A DNA stretch of 64,000 bases from a phage: the NCBI GenBank assembly GCA_012490745.1, contig GCA_012490745.1_3925.1, one strand, 5' to 3'. The notes below the pieces were generated by a model. The model saw only the letters and a list, made by a program, of their open reading frames with translations, ran no database searches and was not told the origin of the DNA. Shown piece by piece: positions 43,573 through 54,008 of this stretch (the first letter of the stretch is position 1; every line of letters starts with the position of its first letter). Position numbers and translations under genes: made by a program.

Positions 43573-45951
43573 ATGGCAGATTACAAGTTGAGTGAATTAA
43601 ACTCAATCGATACAATCCGTTCAGATGACCTTCTTCATGTCAGAGTTAAAAAGAGACCTGAAATGCTGGGTGATGAAGACCGTCGAATGACCTATCAAGA
43701 CTTCTTAGCATCTTTTAAACTCGAAAGATTTGTTCAGATTGCTGGTAGCACTATGACGGGTGACTTAGGTATTGTCAAACTTCTTTATGGTGGTAAGGCA
43801 GTATTTGACCCAACAGGCTCTTCTGAGATTAATATTGGGGACGTTTTAAAGACTTTTAAAATTAACTCAAACGGTCTTAAGCTAACTATTGCAGACGCTT
43901 CAAGGTCGGCAACTGTTTATCACACTCTGAATAAGCCAAGTCCTAATGAGCTTGGGATGAGAACTAATGAAGAGAATGATGCAAGATACTCAAGATTAGC
44001 TGCAAATAACATCTTTACCTTCCAACAGGTTATTCAAGCAAATGGCGAAGCTATTAGACTAAAAAATTCTTCTGAGAACTCACCGTTGTATATTAGAGGT
44101 CAGGACAGCACTGGTGCTAATAGGTGGTATGTAGGTAATGGTTCAGGGAATGATGATGTTATTATCCACAACTACAAGACAGGTTGTGAAGTGAATCTGT
44201 CTAGTGTTGCTGCTATTAGCAAGACACTTAGAATCACTGGTCAAGTCCAACCTTCTGACTTCTCTAACTTAGATGCTAGATACTTCACACAGACAGTTGC
44301 TAATCAGAGATTTGCACAGTTAAATGCTAGTAATGTTCTTTATGGTGCTAATACATTTAAAAAAGATGTTGTATTTAACTCAGATATCCCTGTCATTCTT
44401 AAGAGTCTAACAGCTAACAAACCATTATATATTCTAGGTAGAGATGACCAAAACTCCAACTTGTGGTTTGTTGGTAAAGGTGGTTCGGGAACAGAGATTA
44501 AATTCTATAACTATGTGAGTGATACGGTTTTAGAGTTGTCTGAGACGGCAAGATTTAATAAAACTTTGAAGATTACTGGTCAAGTTCAACCATCTGATTG
44601 GACTAACATTGACTCTAGATATATTCCAGCAGCAACTTTGAGTAATCTTGCTAAGATTAATGTGGCTAACACTTTTACAAATGTGCAGACTATTGTATCT
44701 AACAATGAAGGTCTAGTATTGAGGAACTTAACACAGGGTCAGCCACAATATATCCGTGGTGTTGATACTGCGAATGTATCTAGGTGGTGGGTAGGTGTAG
44801 GTGGTACAAATTCTACTGATGTAGCCTTAAACAACAGCTCATCTGGGACTCAAATTACCCTTATGACTTCAGCGATTAAGGCTAATAAGAATCTAACCAT
44901 TACTGGTCAAGTTCAACCTTCTGATTGGTCTAACTTAGATGCTAGATATTTTGTTAAAACTCAGTTATTAAACCAATCCTTAATGACTGTCTCTGTAGAT
45001 AACCTTGAAAACCCTTCAGGTTTTAATCTTGGATATTCAGGTTTTGTCAGAAACAATGCGGTTACTAGTGGACTGAAAGAATTGGCAATCCATGTTGCGC
45101 ACTCTAATAAGACTGCTGCACATGCAAGAGGAATCTCTTTTGTGTATGGCTCAAATGGACTGGCAACATTTACCTATGCCTATGACAAAAATGGTGACTA
45201 TGCCGGAGAAGCACAGATTTATACAACTGATTTTAAACCAACCCCTTCAGATATTGGTGCATACACTAAAGCTGAAACTGACCAGAAGATTGCACAAGCT
45301 GTAAGCGACTCCACAGACCTTAACAAAATCTATCCAGTGGGTATTGTAACGTGGTTTAACAGTAATGTTAACCCTAATACAGCACTTCCTGGGTTAACTT
45401 GGACGTACCTTAACAATGGTGTTGGTAGAACTATCAGGATTGCAGCAGCAAACGGTTCAGATGTTGCTACAACTGGCGGTTCAGATTCTGTGACGTTAGC
45501 TGTTGGTAACTTACCATCACACACTCACAGCTTCTCTGCTACCACTTCATCTTTTGATTATGGTACGAAGAGCACTAATAGTACTGGTGGTCACACCCAC
45601 ACTGTAAGTGGTACAACAAGTGCTGCGGGTAACCATGCTCACCACTTAGGTCTGCTATTGGTTAATGGTGGTGATGCTCAGTATGGTTACACAACTGTTA
45701 GCAACAGCAAGACAAGAACTCTTGACTGGCTTGATAGAAAAGATAACAAATTCCCTAACACTAACACAACTGGTAACCATACACACACATGGTCTGGTAC
45801 TACAAGTAACACTGGTGCTCACACCCACTCTGTAGGTATCGGTGCTCACACTCATACAGTTAGTGGTAACACTGGTGGTACAGGTTCTGGTTCAGCATTC
45901 AGTGTTACTAACCAGTTCTACAAGTTAATGGCTTGGGTAAGAACTGCTTAA
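43573..45951 (+). CDS. long tail fiber protein with three internal ~110-aa repeats and HxH-rich C-terminal tip (792 aa)
   Basis: Repeated L(R/K)ITGQVQPSD(F/W)(S/T)N(L/I)D(A/S)RY motif roughly every 330 nt; C-terminal HTHS...HTHT...W(V)RTA like the preceding fibre. Confidence 0.75.
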   Translation: MADYKLSELNSIDTIRSDDLLHVRVKKRPEMLGDEDRRMTYQDFLASFKLERFVQIAGSTMTGDLGIVKLLYGGKAVFDPTGSSEINIGDVLKTFKINSNGLKLTIADASRSATVYHTLNKPSPNELGMRTNEENDARYSRLAANNIFTFQQVIQANGEAIRLKNSSENSPLYIRGQDSTGANRWYVGNGSGNDDVIIHNYKTGCEVNLSSVAAISKTLRITGQVQPSDFSNLDARYFTQTVANQRFAQLNASNVLYGANTFKKDVVFNSDIPVILKSLTANKPLYILGRDDQNSNLWFVGKGGSGTEIKFYNYVSDTVLELSETARFNKTLKITGQVQPSDWTNIDSRYIPAATLSNLAKINVANTFTNVQTIVSNNEGLVLRNLTQGQPQYIRGVDTANVSRWWVGVGGTNSTDVALNNSSSGTQITLMTSAIKANKNLTITGQVQPSDWSNLDARYFVKTQLLNQSLMTVSVDNLENPSGFNLGYSGFVRNNAVTSGLKELAIHVAHSNKTAAHARGISFVYGSNGLATFTYAYDKNGDYAGEAQIYTTDFKPTPSDIGAYTKAETDQKIAQAVSDSTDLNKIYPVGIVTWFNSNVNPNTALPGLTWTYLNNGVGRTIRIAAANGSDVATTGGSDSVTLAVGNLPSHTHSFSATTSSFDYGTKSTNSTGGHTHTVSGTTSAAGNHAHHLGLLLVNGGDAQYGYTTVSNSKTRTLDWLDRKDNKFPNTNTTGNHTHTWSGTTSNTGAHTHSVGIGAHTHTVSGNTGGTGSGSAFSVTNQFYKLMAWVRTA

Positions 45952-46030
45952 TCCCTTGTTGACTGATTGTTAAGATGGTGTTAATATTCTTTATGGGTAT
46001 TCTCACCATCTTGGCTGATGAGGTGATTAA

Positions 46031-46225
46031 ATGCCTACAATCCTAGCAATTCTTCTAAAAAATCTAGGTAGCTTCTTCTGGAAACTCATTTTATCCCTTC
46101 TAAGTGAATACATGATTGAGAAAGTGTTCTTTAATCTTGCAAGATACCTTGCGAGTAAAACAGACACACCTATTGATGATGAGTTCGTAGATAACTTAGA
46201 AAAAGCTTTTAAGGGGGAGAAATAA
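46031..46225 (+). CDS. small hydrophobic protein, possible holin-like (64 aa)
   Basis: N-terminal hydrophobic segment ILAILLKNLGSFFWKLILSLL; downstream of the fibre genes. Confidence 0.35.
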   Translation: MPTILAILLKNLGSFFWKLILSLLSEYMIEKVFFNLARYLASKTDTPIDDEFVDNLEKAFKGEK

Positions 46226-46597
46226 ATGAAGTGGCTAGAGGAAGCTTTTAAAAATAATATTGGTGCAATTGTAGTTGGTATTTTTAGTGTTATTGGGATG
46301 TATACCACGATGCAGGTTTCAAGTGGTAAACAAGAAGTGTCTGTCACAACAAAGTTACAGCAGCTAGATAATTATTCCAAAAGTAACTATTCAGCTATTC
46401 GTGATTTACAGTCTGACATGAGACTGATTCAGCTAGGGATGGAGAACCAGAAAGTTCAGTTAGAGAATGTTAAGGGTGAAAACGCAAAACTTACCAAAAC
46501 TCTTGATAAATTCTCTGACAGTGTGAACAATCTGGCTCAATCAGTATCAGCCCTCCAAGCTATTACTGAAAAGAACACAAAGAATACTGAAAAATAA
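46226..46597 (+). CDS. membrane-anchored coiled-coil protein, possible i-spanin-like (123 aa)
   Basis: N-terminal TM helix GAIVVGIFSVIGMYTT followed by a heptad-rich periplasmic-type domain. Confidence 0.4.
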   Translation: MKWLEEAFKNNIGAIVVGIFSVIGMYTTMQVSSGKQEVSVTTKLQQLDNYSKSNYSAIRDLQSDMRLIQLGMENQKVQLENVKGENAKLTKTLDKFSDSVNNLAQSVSALQAITEKNTKNTEK

Positions 46598-46601
46598 AGT
46601 T

Positions 46602-46630
46602 TAAGGCTCCTTTTTACGGGAGCCTTTTTT
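46602..46630. terminator. Bidirectional rho-independent terminator (ggctcc-tttttac-gggagcc flanked by T/A runs)
   Basis: Sits between convergent gene blocks. Confidence 0.65.
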
Positions 46631-46633
46631 GTT

Positions 46634-47533
46634 TTATTTACCTACTGACAAAGGTGCTTCAATCTTTCCTGCATGTTGATAGTTGCTAATACCACCGATA
46701 AAGTCACTTGCAGTAAGATGTTTTAAGTCACTTAAAGTGTTAAGCTGTACACCAATCTCAAAAGTAGGTGCATGGAACTCTTCATTGTTTATCAGTTCAT
46801 AAACCTGCTTCATATGGTTCTGATAAATCTGAGTATCTCCAAAGACACCTATCAAGTACCGTGGAGTGTATCCAGTCATCTTGCAAAGAACTTCTAAGAT
46901 GAAGCCATAAGACGCAATGTTGAATGGAAGTCCTAAAAAGGTGTCTACAGAACGCTGATACCATTGCAAATCCACTTCACCTTCATTAGTGATATAAATC
47001 TGAAACAGAACATGACAAGGTGCTAAAGCCATTGAGTTTGCTGCAATATCTGCTGCATTCCAAGCATTAACAAGCATGTAACGGTCTGTGATATCACCCT
47101 TCATCTTCGTTACTAAGGCCTCTAACTGGTCTACAACACAACCATTATGACCTTCGAAGTTTCTCCACTGAACCCCGTAGATTCTCCCACCTGCATCTTC
47201 TAACCAGTCTTGCTCAGAAGAATAGTTAGAGCTTAACCAACGTTTAAAATCATCTGACCAGATAGTCCAACGTTCTCCATCATTTTCACCCCAAGTGCGA
47301 TAACGGAGTTCACTAAGTTTATTCTCACCATTCAGGAACCATAAAGCTTCCCCAATGACTTGCCGTGTAAACACCTGTTTAGATGTTAAGAGCGGGAAAC
47401 CAGTTCGCATATCAAAACGAAACTGAGGTGGAGCAAATGCAGAGATAACATCTCCAGTTCGTGTAGTACGCAGTTCACCAACGGATAAAACATGGTTCAG
47501 GATATTTTTGTAACTTGAATCTGCTTGTGACAT
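46634..47533 (-). CDS. thyA: thymidylate synthase (299 aa)
   Basis: Active-site region LAPCHVLFQ and folate-binding QRSVDTFLGLPFNIASY. Confidence 0.9.
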   Translation of the reverse strand: MSQADSSYKNILNHVLSVGELRTTRTGDVISAFAPPQFRFDMRTGFPLLTSKQVFTRQVIGEALWFLNGENKLSELRYRTWGENDGERWTIWSDDFKRWLSSNYSSEQDWLEDAGGRIYGVQWRNFEGHNGCVVDQLEALVTKMKGDITDRYMLVNAWNAADIAANSMALAPCHVLFQIYITNEGEVDLQWYQRSVDTFLGLPFNIASYGFILEVLCKMTGYTPRYLIGVFGDTQIYQNHMKQVYELINNEEFHAPTFEIGVQLNTLSDLKHLTASDFIGGISNYQHAGKIEAPLSVGK

Positions 47534-47534
47534 A

Positions 47535-48080
47535 TCAAAAGTGTCCTTTTACTTGTGGAACATAAATTTCAAAAGTTGCTTTACCATCCTCTGATGGTTT
47601 TGACTGTACCTTTGTAAATACACGGTTATCATACAGCTTCTCAAAGAAGTTTTCAAAAGGTAAATGCACAGTAGCCTCTTCAGTAACTTTATGGAAGACT
47701 GTATGGAACACCACACCAGCATACGGTAAAGCATTGACAAGGACACCTGCACCACCAATTACAAAGACATCTTCATCAATAGAGCTATCAAGATACTTCA
47801 AAAATGCTCCAAAGGATTCTTTGCTGGCCTTAGCATACATTACACCATCTTTGCCAAAATCTATACCTAAGTATGGTACAGAATTTGTTAAGATTAGGTT
47901 TGCACGTTCTGGTAGAGGTTTACTACCCAGAGTCTTAAAAGTCTCATTACCCATGACTACTAAGTTATTTTTAGTGAGTCTCTTAAACTCTTGCATGTCC
48001 TGTTTATGTCGAGGCCACGGCATACCAGTTGGAGTACCAAACTCCCCATTTTCACCACTTGCAAAGATTAATTTAATCAT
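47535..48080 (-). CDS. folA: dihydrofolate reductase (181 aa)
   Basis: N-terminal GMPW motif, VVMGNETFKTLG, VIGGAGV; sits next to thyA. Confidence 0.85.
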   Translation of the reverse strand: MIKLIFASGENGEFGTPTGMPWPRHKQDMQEFKRLTKNNLVVMGNETFKTLGSKPLPERANLILTNSVPYLGIDFGKDGVMYAKASKESFGAFLKYLDSSIDEDVFVIGGAGVLVNALPYAGVVFHTVFHKVTEEATVHLPFENFFEKLYDNRVFTKVQSKPSEDGKATFEIYVPQVKGHF

Positions 48081-48337
48081 TTTGTAAATCCTTTCTTAAT
48101 GAACCAGTTGATAACATTCTTCACGGCTTTATTGCTATGGTATATTAGGTGTGGTGTAGGTTGGTATGAACCATAAGCCCAGAATGATAGATGCTCACCA
48201 CAACCAACACATGTAGTACTTTCTTCAGCTATATGACCATTAACAATCACATGAACTTCACCTTGTAAGTCTGTACACCCACAATGTGGACATCGGATAG
48301 GTGTCCCATCAGACTCATAGCAGTGTTCAATTTTCAT
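48077..48337 (-). CDS. small zinc-ribbon protein (86 aa)
   Basis: CPHCGC ... CVGCGEH Cys pairs. Confidence 0.5.
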   Translation of the reverse strand: MKIEHCYESDGTPIRCPHCGCTDLQGEVHVIVNGHIAEESTTCVGCGEHLSFWAYGSYQPTPHLIYHSNKAVKNVINWFIKKGFTK

Positions 48338-48853
48338 CTATTTAACCTCAAAAACTGGTTCAAGAACCAATATAAAGTCTACACAGTCATCTTCTTCATC
48401 CAGAATACCATCAAAGTTCTTAGGTACAAAGTCGAAGAGGCTCATAGAATATCGGTCAGAAGTAACCCTGATAGTGTTCCCTATATTCTCTACAGTTAAT
48501 ATTGTACGGCTTTCTGTTACCTCACTTAGAAGATTACTCACAAAGTCATCTAAGAAGTGTTTCATCAGTGACTTGAAGCCTTTAGGGTAATCTGTACCAG
48601 AGTATGTTTCAATCTGAGGAACAAGCTTAACATTTATACTAGTCTTTGTTAAGAACGTTTTAGAGAACATGCTATCAGGTAGCTTACAAACAGTCTTTCC
48701 AGTACCTTCATGTTCAATCTCAACAAAACCAGCTTCGTCGCCACATGTAACTATTTTAAAAGATGCTTCATTCTCATACTGTGAAGCCATAAACTTTTTA
48801 AGCATTTCTTTAAGGAAATCTGCATGAGCATCTTGTAAGTAGATATCAATCAT
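48338..48853 (-). CDS. hypothetical protein (171 aa)
   Basis: ORF. Confidence 0.5.
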   Translation of the reverse strand: MIDIYLQDAHADFLKEMLKKFMASQYENEASFKIVTCGDEAGFVEIEHEGTGKTVCKLPDSMFSKTFLTKTSINVKLVPQIETYSGTDYPKGFKSLMKHFLDDFVSNLLSEVTESRTILTVENIGNTIRVTSDRYSMSLFDFVPKNFDGILDEEDDCVDFILVLEPVFEVK

Positions 48854-48866
48854 AGTTAATCACCTA

Positions 48867-49226
48867 TTATGGGAACAAGCACTTAATGTCATCATTTTTG
48901 AAAACAAAACTTGTGTAGTTATGACCATCAACATCCAGCCAAACAGCCTGAACATCTACACCATCAAGGTTGTGGTAAAGCTCTTTGATGAAGTGGTCTT
49001 TTACAATCTGGCTGCTAGTTGTTTCCAGCTTAATGTTTGAGATTGCTGAACCTACAGCCATATAGCCCATGACACGTTTCTTCTCAGTATGCTTAATCTT
49101 ACCATCTTTGTAAGCCATAATGAGATTGGAGAGAATCTTCACACCATAATACTTTTCAAGGTGAGTAGGTACACCATAAAAGCCTAATGCAAAGTTTTCA
49201 GAGTGGATAATGTTTTCACGTTTCAT
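48867..49226 (-). CDS. hypothetical protein (119 aa)
   Basis: ORF. Confidence 0.5.
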   Translation of the reverse strand: MKRENIIHSENFALGFYGVPTHLEKYYGVKILSNLIMAYKDGKIKHTEKKRVMGYMAVGSAISNIKLETTSSQIVKDHFIKELYHNLDGVDVQAVWLDVDGHNYTSFVFKNDDIKCLFP

Positions 49227-49227
49227 A

Positions 49228-49557
49228 TTAATCTGCCAACCTTAAATTAAAATTAACACCAAATTTTTCACATACTTCCAACATATACTCAAGAGAGACA
49301 TTCCCAGTGAGGTGGATTATGTTGGATACACGAGCTTGAGAGATGCCACAAATTTTAGCGACTTGCTCTTGAGAAAGACCTCTAGATTTAATCTCTCTCT
49401 TAAAACGATGTGCAACGAAGTCTCTCATTTCGTCTACATCCATTGGACAAATATAACTCTCCATTTCAGCCTCTCTATCAGCCTCCCAATCATCTTGTGG
49501 AGCATAAGGGTCAAAAACCTCATTCATCTTTCTTCTTCCGTTTACGTGAAGTATCAA
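49228..49557 (-). CDS. helix-turn-helix DNA-binding protein, XRE-like (109 aa)
   Basis: C-terminal HTH-like segment GLSQEQVAKICGISQARVSNI. Confidence 0.6.
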   Translation of the reverse strand: MILHVNGRRKMNEVFDPYAPQDDWEADREAEMESYICPMDVDEMRDFVAHRFKREIKSRGLSQEQVAKICGISQARVSNIIHLTGNVSLEYMLEVCEKFGVNFNLRLAD

Positions 49558-49732
49558 TCAATGAGTCTATGTTTGTAGCTCTGACCTTTTCACGTTCATC
49601 ATTAAGATAATCGTCAAGAGCCTTTTCAATCTGTGAATCATCCTGACAGATGACTGTAAAGACTGTAAAGCCGTCTGTATCGTCAATTATCTTACCATAA
49701 CCGCTTCTGGGATGTAACTTTTTAAGAGCCAT
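49520..49732 (-). CDS. hypothetical protein (70 aa)
   Basis: ORF. Confidence 0.4.
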   Translation of the reverse strand: MALKKLHPRSGYGKIIDDTDGFTVFTVICQDDSQIEKALDDYLNDEREKVRATNIDSLIDTSRKRKKKDE

Positions 49733-49733
49733 A

Positions 49734-50117
49734 TCAAATACCTGTGCAGCTTCTGTTTTCTAAGAAATACTCAACACCATACATAGCTTTTTGCATCAAA
49801 TCTTCTTTAAACTGGATACGATGATTGAGCATAGCCTGTACATCAATATCATCAGGGTGCTTCTCTTTAATATTTGCAGATTGCAGGAAATACTCTGCAA
49901 GAACACGATACTGATAGTCAGTTACCTTATCAGTCATCTCTGTTAAAGACTCTTCAGAGATTGGTTTAAGTAGTTCACCTTTAGATAGGGCAACACCTTT
50001 AACAATCTGGCAAGTGTCTTCTGGAACACCTGATAAGTCCACATTTGGAAGTTCTGTTGCATTGACTGGTAAATTCATTGCCATAACCATTGCAGCAGCT
50101 AATAAAATCTTTTTCAT
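49734..50117 (-). CDS. secreted/periplasmic protein with signal peptide (127 aa)
   Basis: N-terminal MKKILLAAAMVMAMNLPVNA signal-peptide-like sequence. Confidence 0.5.
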   Translation of the reverse strand: MKKILLAAAMVMAMNLPVNATELPNVDLSGVPEDTCQIVKGVALSKGELLKPISEESLTEMTDKVTDYQYRVLAEYFLQSANIKEKHPDDIDVQAMLNHRIQFKEDLMQKAMYGVEYFLENRSCTGI

Positions 50118-50179
50118 AATGACCTCAAAGTTATATTAAATTTTGTATTACATTGAGTATAAAAATAAGCTATAACACC

Positions 50180-50481
50180 TGACTTGTCAACAGATTTTAT
50201 AGCTTATTTGGCAGATTTTTTATAAGGCTACTGCCATCCTTCCAAACTATACCAAACCTAACCCCACCTAACCCTACCACACCAGACCTAACCTAACCTT
50301 GTTAAAAGACCCTCTTAAAGACCTTTTAAAAAGGTAAGTCTCATTTTAATGTAGCTGAGACTAACTACCCATACCAGACCCTACCTTACCAAACCAGACC
50401 TCACCCTACCCCACCATACCGTATACTACCTCATTAAAAGACCCTCTTAAAGACCTTTTAAAAAGGAGCCTCCGAAGAGGC
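50180..50481. repeat. Left flanking repeat block: hairpins, C/A-rich degenerate repeats (ccaaacc / accttacc / ccagacc) and 69-nt core 50302-50370 identical to 51713-51781
   Basis: 69-nt core ttaaaagaccctcttaaagaccttttaaaaaggtaagtctcattttaatgtagctgagactaactaccc occurs twice; terminator-like hairpin gcctc-cgaa-gaggc at 50466-50481. Confidence 0.7.
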
Positions 50482-50493
50482 TACCTAGTCAAC

Positions 50494-50934
50494 TTAGAAA
50501 GGTTTTCTACGTTGCTTGTTAATGTTAGCTTTCATAGCAGCTAAATGGTTTTGCTGTTCAATTAGTCGTGAACGTTCTTGATGGCTAAGTGCCATAGTGT
50601 TCACATTCTCAATCGCTTGAGTGGCTTGCTTTAAAGCACGACCAATCTTACCAGACATTTTACGTTTTGCAATAGTTGCTTGATGCTTAGGTTCAACCAC
50701 ACGATAACCAACACCCATTGAAGCAACCAGATAAATCTTCTCTTCTTTAAGAAGCTTCTCAATAAACTTCTCAAGTCGGTTTAGACGTGTAAGCGCATAA
50801 GCCTTCATTTCATCTTCGTACTTAACAATGTCACCTTGATAAGTTGGTTTCACAATACCTAAGAAGGTATCCATCTCAGAATGTGATACAGTGTCACCGT
50901 AACTAAACTTTGCTGCTAATGCTTTTGTATTCAT
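50494..50934 (-). CDS. hypothetical protein (146 aa) in repeat-flanked cassette
   Basis: ORF; basic C-terminus. Confidence 0.5.
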   Translation of the reverse strand: MNTKALAAKFSYGDTVSHSEMDTFLGIVKPTYQGDIVKYEDEMKAYALTRLNRLEKFIEKLLKEEKIYLVASMGVGYRVVEPKHQATIAKRKMSGKIGRALKQATQAIENVNTMALSHQERSRLIEQQNHLAAMKANINKQRRKPF

Positions 50935-50936
50935 AA

Positions 50937-51542
<606 letters not shown>

Positions 51543-51569
51543 TTAGTTGATTGTTAAGTTGTTTGTAAA

Positions 51570-51960
51570 GAACCCTCAACAGAAGACTCTTTAGAAACTT
51601 GGTAGATTTTTAACGTGGCTACTACCATCCACCCATACCATACCGAACCTTACCTTACCAAACCAGACCGCGCCTTACCAAACCAGACCAAACATTACTT
51701 TACCCTACCTTATTAAAAGACCCTCTTAAAGACCTTTTAAAAAGGTAAGTCTCATTTTAATGTAGCTGAGACTAACTACCCGCACTTTACCGCACCGGAC
51801 CTTACCGGACCGCACATCACCGCACTAAACCAGACATCACATTACCTGACCACACCAAACCAAACATCACATTACTTAAAAACCCTCTTAGAAGACTCTT
51901 AAGTGATGTTGGTGAGTACCCGTTGGTTTATGCTGCTCAGTATACTCACCAAATTTTCTA
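51570..51960. repeat. Right flanking repeat block, homologous to 50180-50481
   Basis: Hairpin ggtag...ctacc covaries with ggcag...ctgcc in the left copy; same C/A-rich repeats; identical 69-nt core. Confidence 0.7.
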
Positions 51961-51973
51961 TGTCAACAACTTT

Positions 51974-53074
51974 TTATTCGTAATCTCGAATAACTAACCC
52001 AACAGGGAACTGTAAAGAACCCTTACGAGTCATCTTCTGGAACTGAACAGTTAAAGGTTTCCCGATAAACTCTTCAGGATGTTCAGCAAGATACTGTTTC
52101 TTCTCATGAGTAGTCTTCCATGAGACATCTACAAAGACGTTAGGAAGAGTCTCTACGACGAACTTACCATGACCACGTTTATCAGTCTTTACACCAGTTA
52201 CTTTAAACTCTTCAGTGTGCATCTTCTTGTGCTTAATCAAGAAGTATGAACGGTGACAACACTCATAGAATGAGTCTTCAGAGATTGAACGGTACATTGC
52301 ACCTTCAAACTTAGCCTCAACCCACTTATCATGAGCTTCATCAAATTCTTCCCAAGAGTTCACACGGATAGTCTGTACAGGAACCACTCTACAGGTATCA
52401 CCAAGCTCAACAATGGGTGAATTATCAATAACTTCACGACGCTCAGGCCAAGATTTTGAATTGTCACAGATATCATACCAGTAGAATTTAAGAAGGTGGC
52501 GGTCTGGATTGTCAGCATTCTTAATCATAGAGACAATATCTTCTAAGTCCCAACCATGAGCATAAATCTCACCATCAAAGTCTTCAACTTGTGGATGTAA
52601 TTTAAGCAACAAAAGCAAATCTGGAATTAGTTCTGCTGGAACGTTGTAAACAGTATTCTCACGAGAATAAGCCGTGAAGTTAACTAAATCAGCATCTCTT
52701 GAAATTCTACAACGGACACCATCAAGTTTTGGTTGAGCATCAGCAGGGAACTTCAGATACTTTGCATGACTAACCTTTGCAGCATCATGAGCAAGCTGTA
52801 CACCTACCTTCTCAGTATTCTGTGCAGATTCTTTTGTGTAAGCATAACCTTTACGGTCAACTTGCTTTTTATACTTAGCAGCAACTTCAAAGAGAGCTTG
52901 CTGTTCAGCATTACGCTCATTCTTTTTACCGATGTTTTTAGGTTCTGCTGTATACTCTTCAAACATCATCTTGCCATTTTCTTTACCATAGGTTGTAATA
53001 ACTTTGTCACCTACAGCGACACATGACCAGACGTTAAAAGAGCCATCTTTATTTTGTTTGTATAGAATTGTCAT
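51974..53074 (-). CDS. ATP-dependent DNA ligase (366 aa)
   Basis: Adenylation motif I KLDGVR (Lys-x-Asp-Gly), motif IV-like FEGAMYR, motif V-like FLIKHKK. Confidence 0.8.
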   Translation of the reverse strand: MTILYKQNKDGSFNVWSCVAVGDKVITTYGKENGKMMFEEYTAEPKNIGKKNERNAEQQALFEVAAKYKKQVDRKGYAYTKESAQNTEKVGVQLAHDAAKVSHAKYLKFPADAQPKLDGVRCRISRDADLVNFTAYSRENTVYNVPAELIPDLLLLLKLHPQVEDFDGEIYAHGWDLEDIVSMIKNADNPDRHLLKFYWYDICDNSKSWPERREVIDNSPIVELGDTCRVVPVQTIRVNSWEEFDEAHDKWVEAKFEGAMYRSISEDSFYECCHRSYFLIKHKKMHTEEFKVTGVKTDKRGHGKFVVETLPNVFVDVSWKTTHEKKQYLAEHPEEFIGKPLTVQFQKMTRKGSLQFPVGLVIRDYE

Positions 53075-53079
53075 TCAAA

Positions 53080-53637
53080 TTACCTTAGCATGTGTGATTT
53101 TACTGGAATAAAGATACCAAATTGTGAGACTGCTAAATCAGATAGTGACATACACTGTTCAGGTAAGTACACAAAAACCCCTGTGTAGAAGTCTATAAAA
53201 GAACCATCATCTTGTTTGCAGGCTAGTTTTCCATAACCATAGTTGTACAACTTTAATGAACCATCATCATACTTTAAGTAGTTCTTGAACTGAACATTAA
53301 AAGCATATTCAGAGAACCTTGTGTACAGGTCATAAAGCAATCCAATACTGTCGTCGACTATTGCTACACCAAACTTTTTACAAACATCTACATAGTTTTT
53401 GTATAATTTATTATGATTTTCAGGTGTTGCAAAGTTTGTATACCAATGTTCTAAGATAGATAACTTAATTGGCTGATTTTTAGAATATTCTAATACCTTC
53501 ATGTCATACCAAGATTTCCTAAGTCTGACATCATCTAGCCTTAAATTTTGAGACACTTCGCGGAAGTTTTTGATGATTATATTTCTGCGCCTATTGTCAA
53601 TCATAATCAATCCTCTGAGTGATACCAAGTATTGCAA
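53080..53637 (-). CDS. hypothetical protein (185 aa)
   Basis: ORF. Confidence 0.5.
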   Translation of the reverse strand: MQYLVSLRGLIMIDNRRRNIIIKNFREVSQNLRLDDVRLRKSWYDMKVLEYSKNQPIKLSILEHWYTNFATPENHNKLYKNYVDVCKKFGVAIVDDSIGLLYDLYTRFSEYAFNVQFKNYLKYDDGSLKLYNYGYGKLACKQDDGSFIDFYTGVFVYLPEQCMSLSDLAVSQFGIFIPVKSHMLR

Positions 53638-53798
53638 GCATTACATGCGTAAAGCTCTAAGTCATTTTTATCTGGTTTATGAAAACAGTTTGCTCCGCAG
53701 TGGCAACGAAACGGCTTTCCACCAACTGTCAGGATGAAGGATTGAACCTTTCCATCAGGAGTCCGTACAGCATTTTTATGCTTATCTTCTTTGTTCAT
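53607..53798 (-). CDS. small Cys-rich zinc-binding-like protein (63 aa)
   Basis: CHCGANC ... CNACNTWYH motif. Confidence 0.45.
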   Translation of the reverse strand: MNKEDKHKNAVRTPDGKVQSFILTVGGKPFRCHCGANCFHKPDKNDLELYACNACNTWYHSED

Positions 53799-54001
53799 TT
53801 TCTCTTACCACCAATCTCTACGTCAATAACTTGAACATCACCAGCAACATCAAACTTATGAATGATGTTTTCCACAGTGTAAGTCCAACCCTCAATGCGA
53901 ACCAATTCACCTTCTCGCGGTACGATTGGGTTACGTTGGGCCACGGTTGCAGTGGAATAAACAACATCGTAGCAGTAGATATAGTGTACTAAAACTTGCA
54001 T
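53795..54001 (-). CDS. hypothetical protein (about 68 aa; start trimmed to an internal Met)
   Basis: The ORF-track version 53795-54100 would overlap the upstream lipoprotein gene by 92 nt. Confidence 0.4.
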   Translation of the reverse strand: MQVLVHYIYCYDVVYSTATVAQRNPIVPREGELVRIEGWTYTVENIIHKFDVAGDVQVIDVEIGGKRK

Positions 54002-54008
54002 ATTAGTC

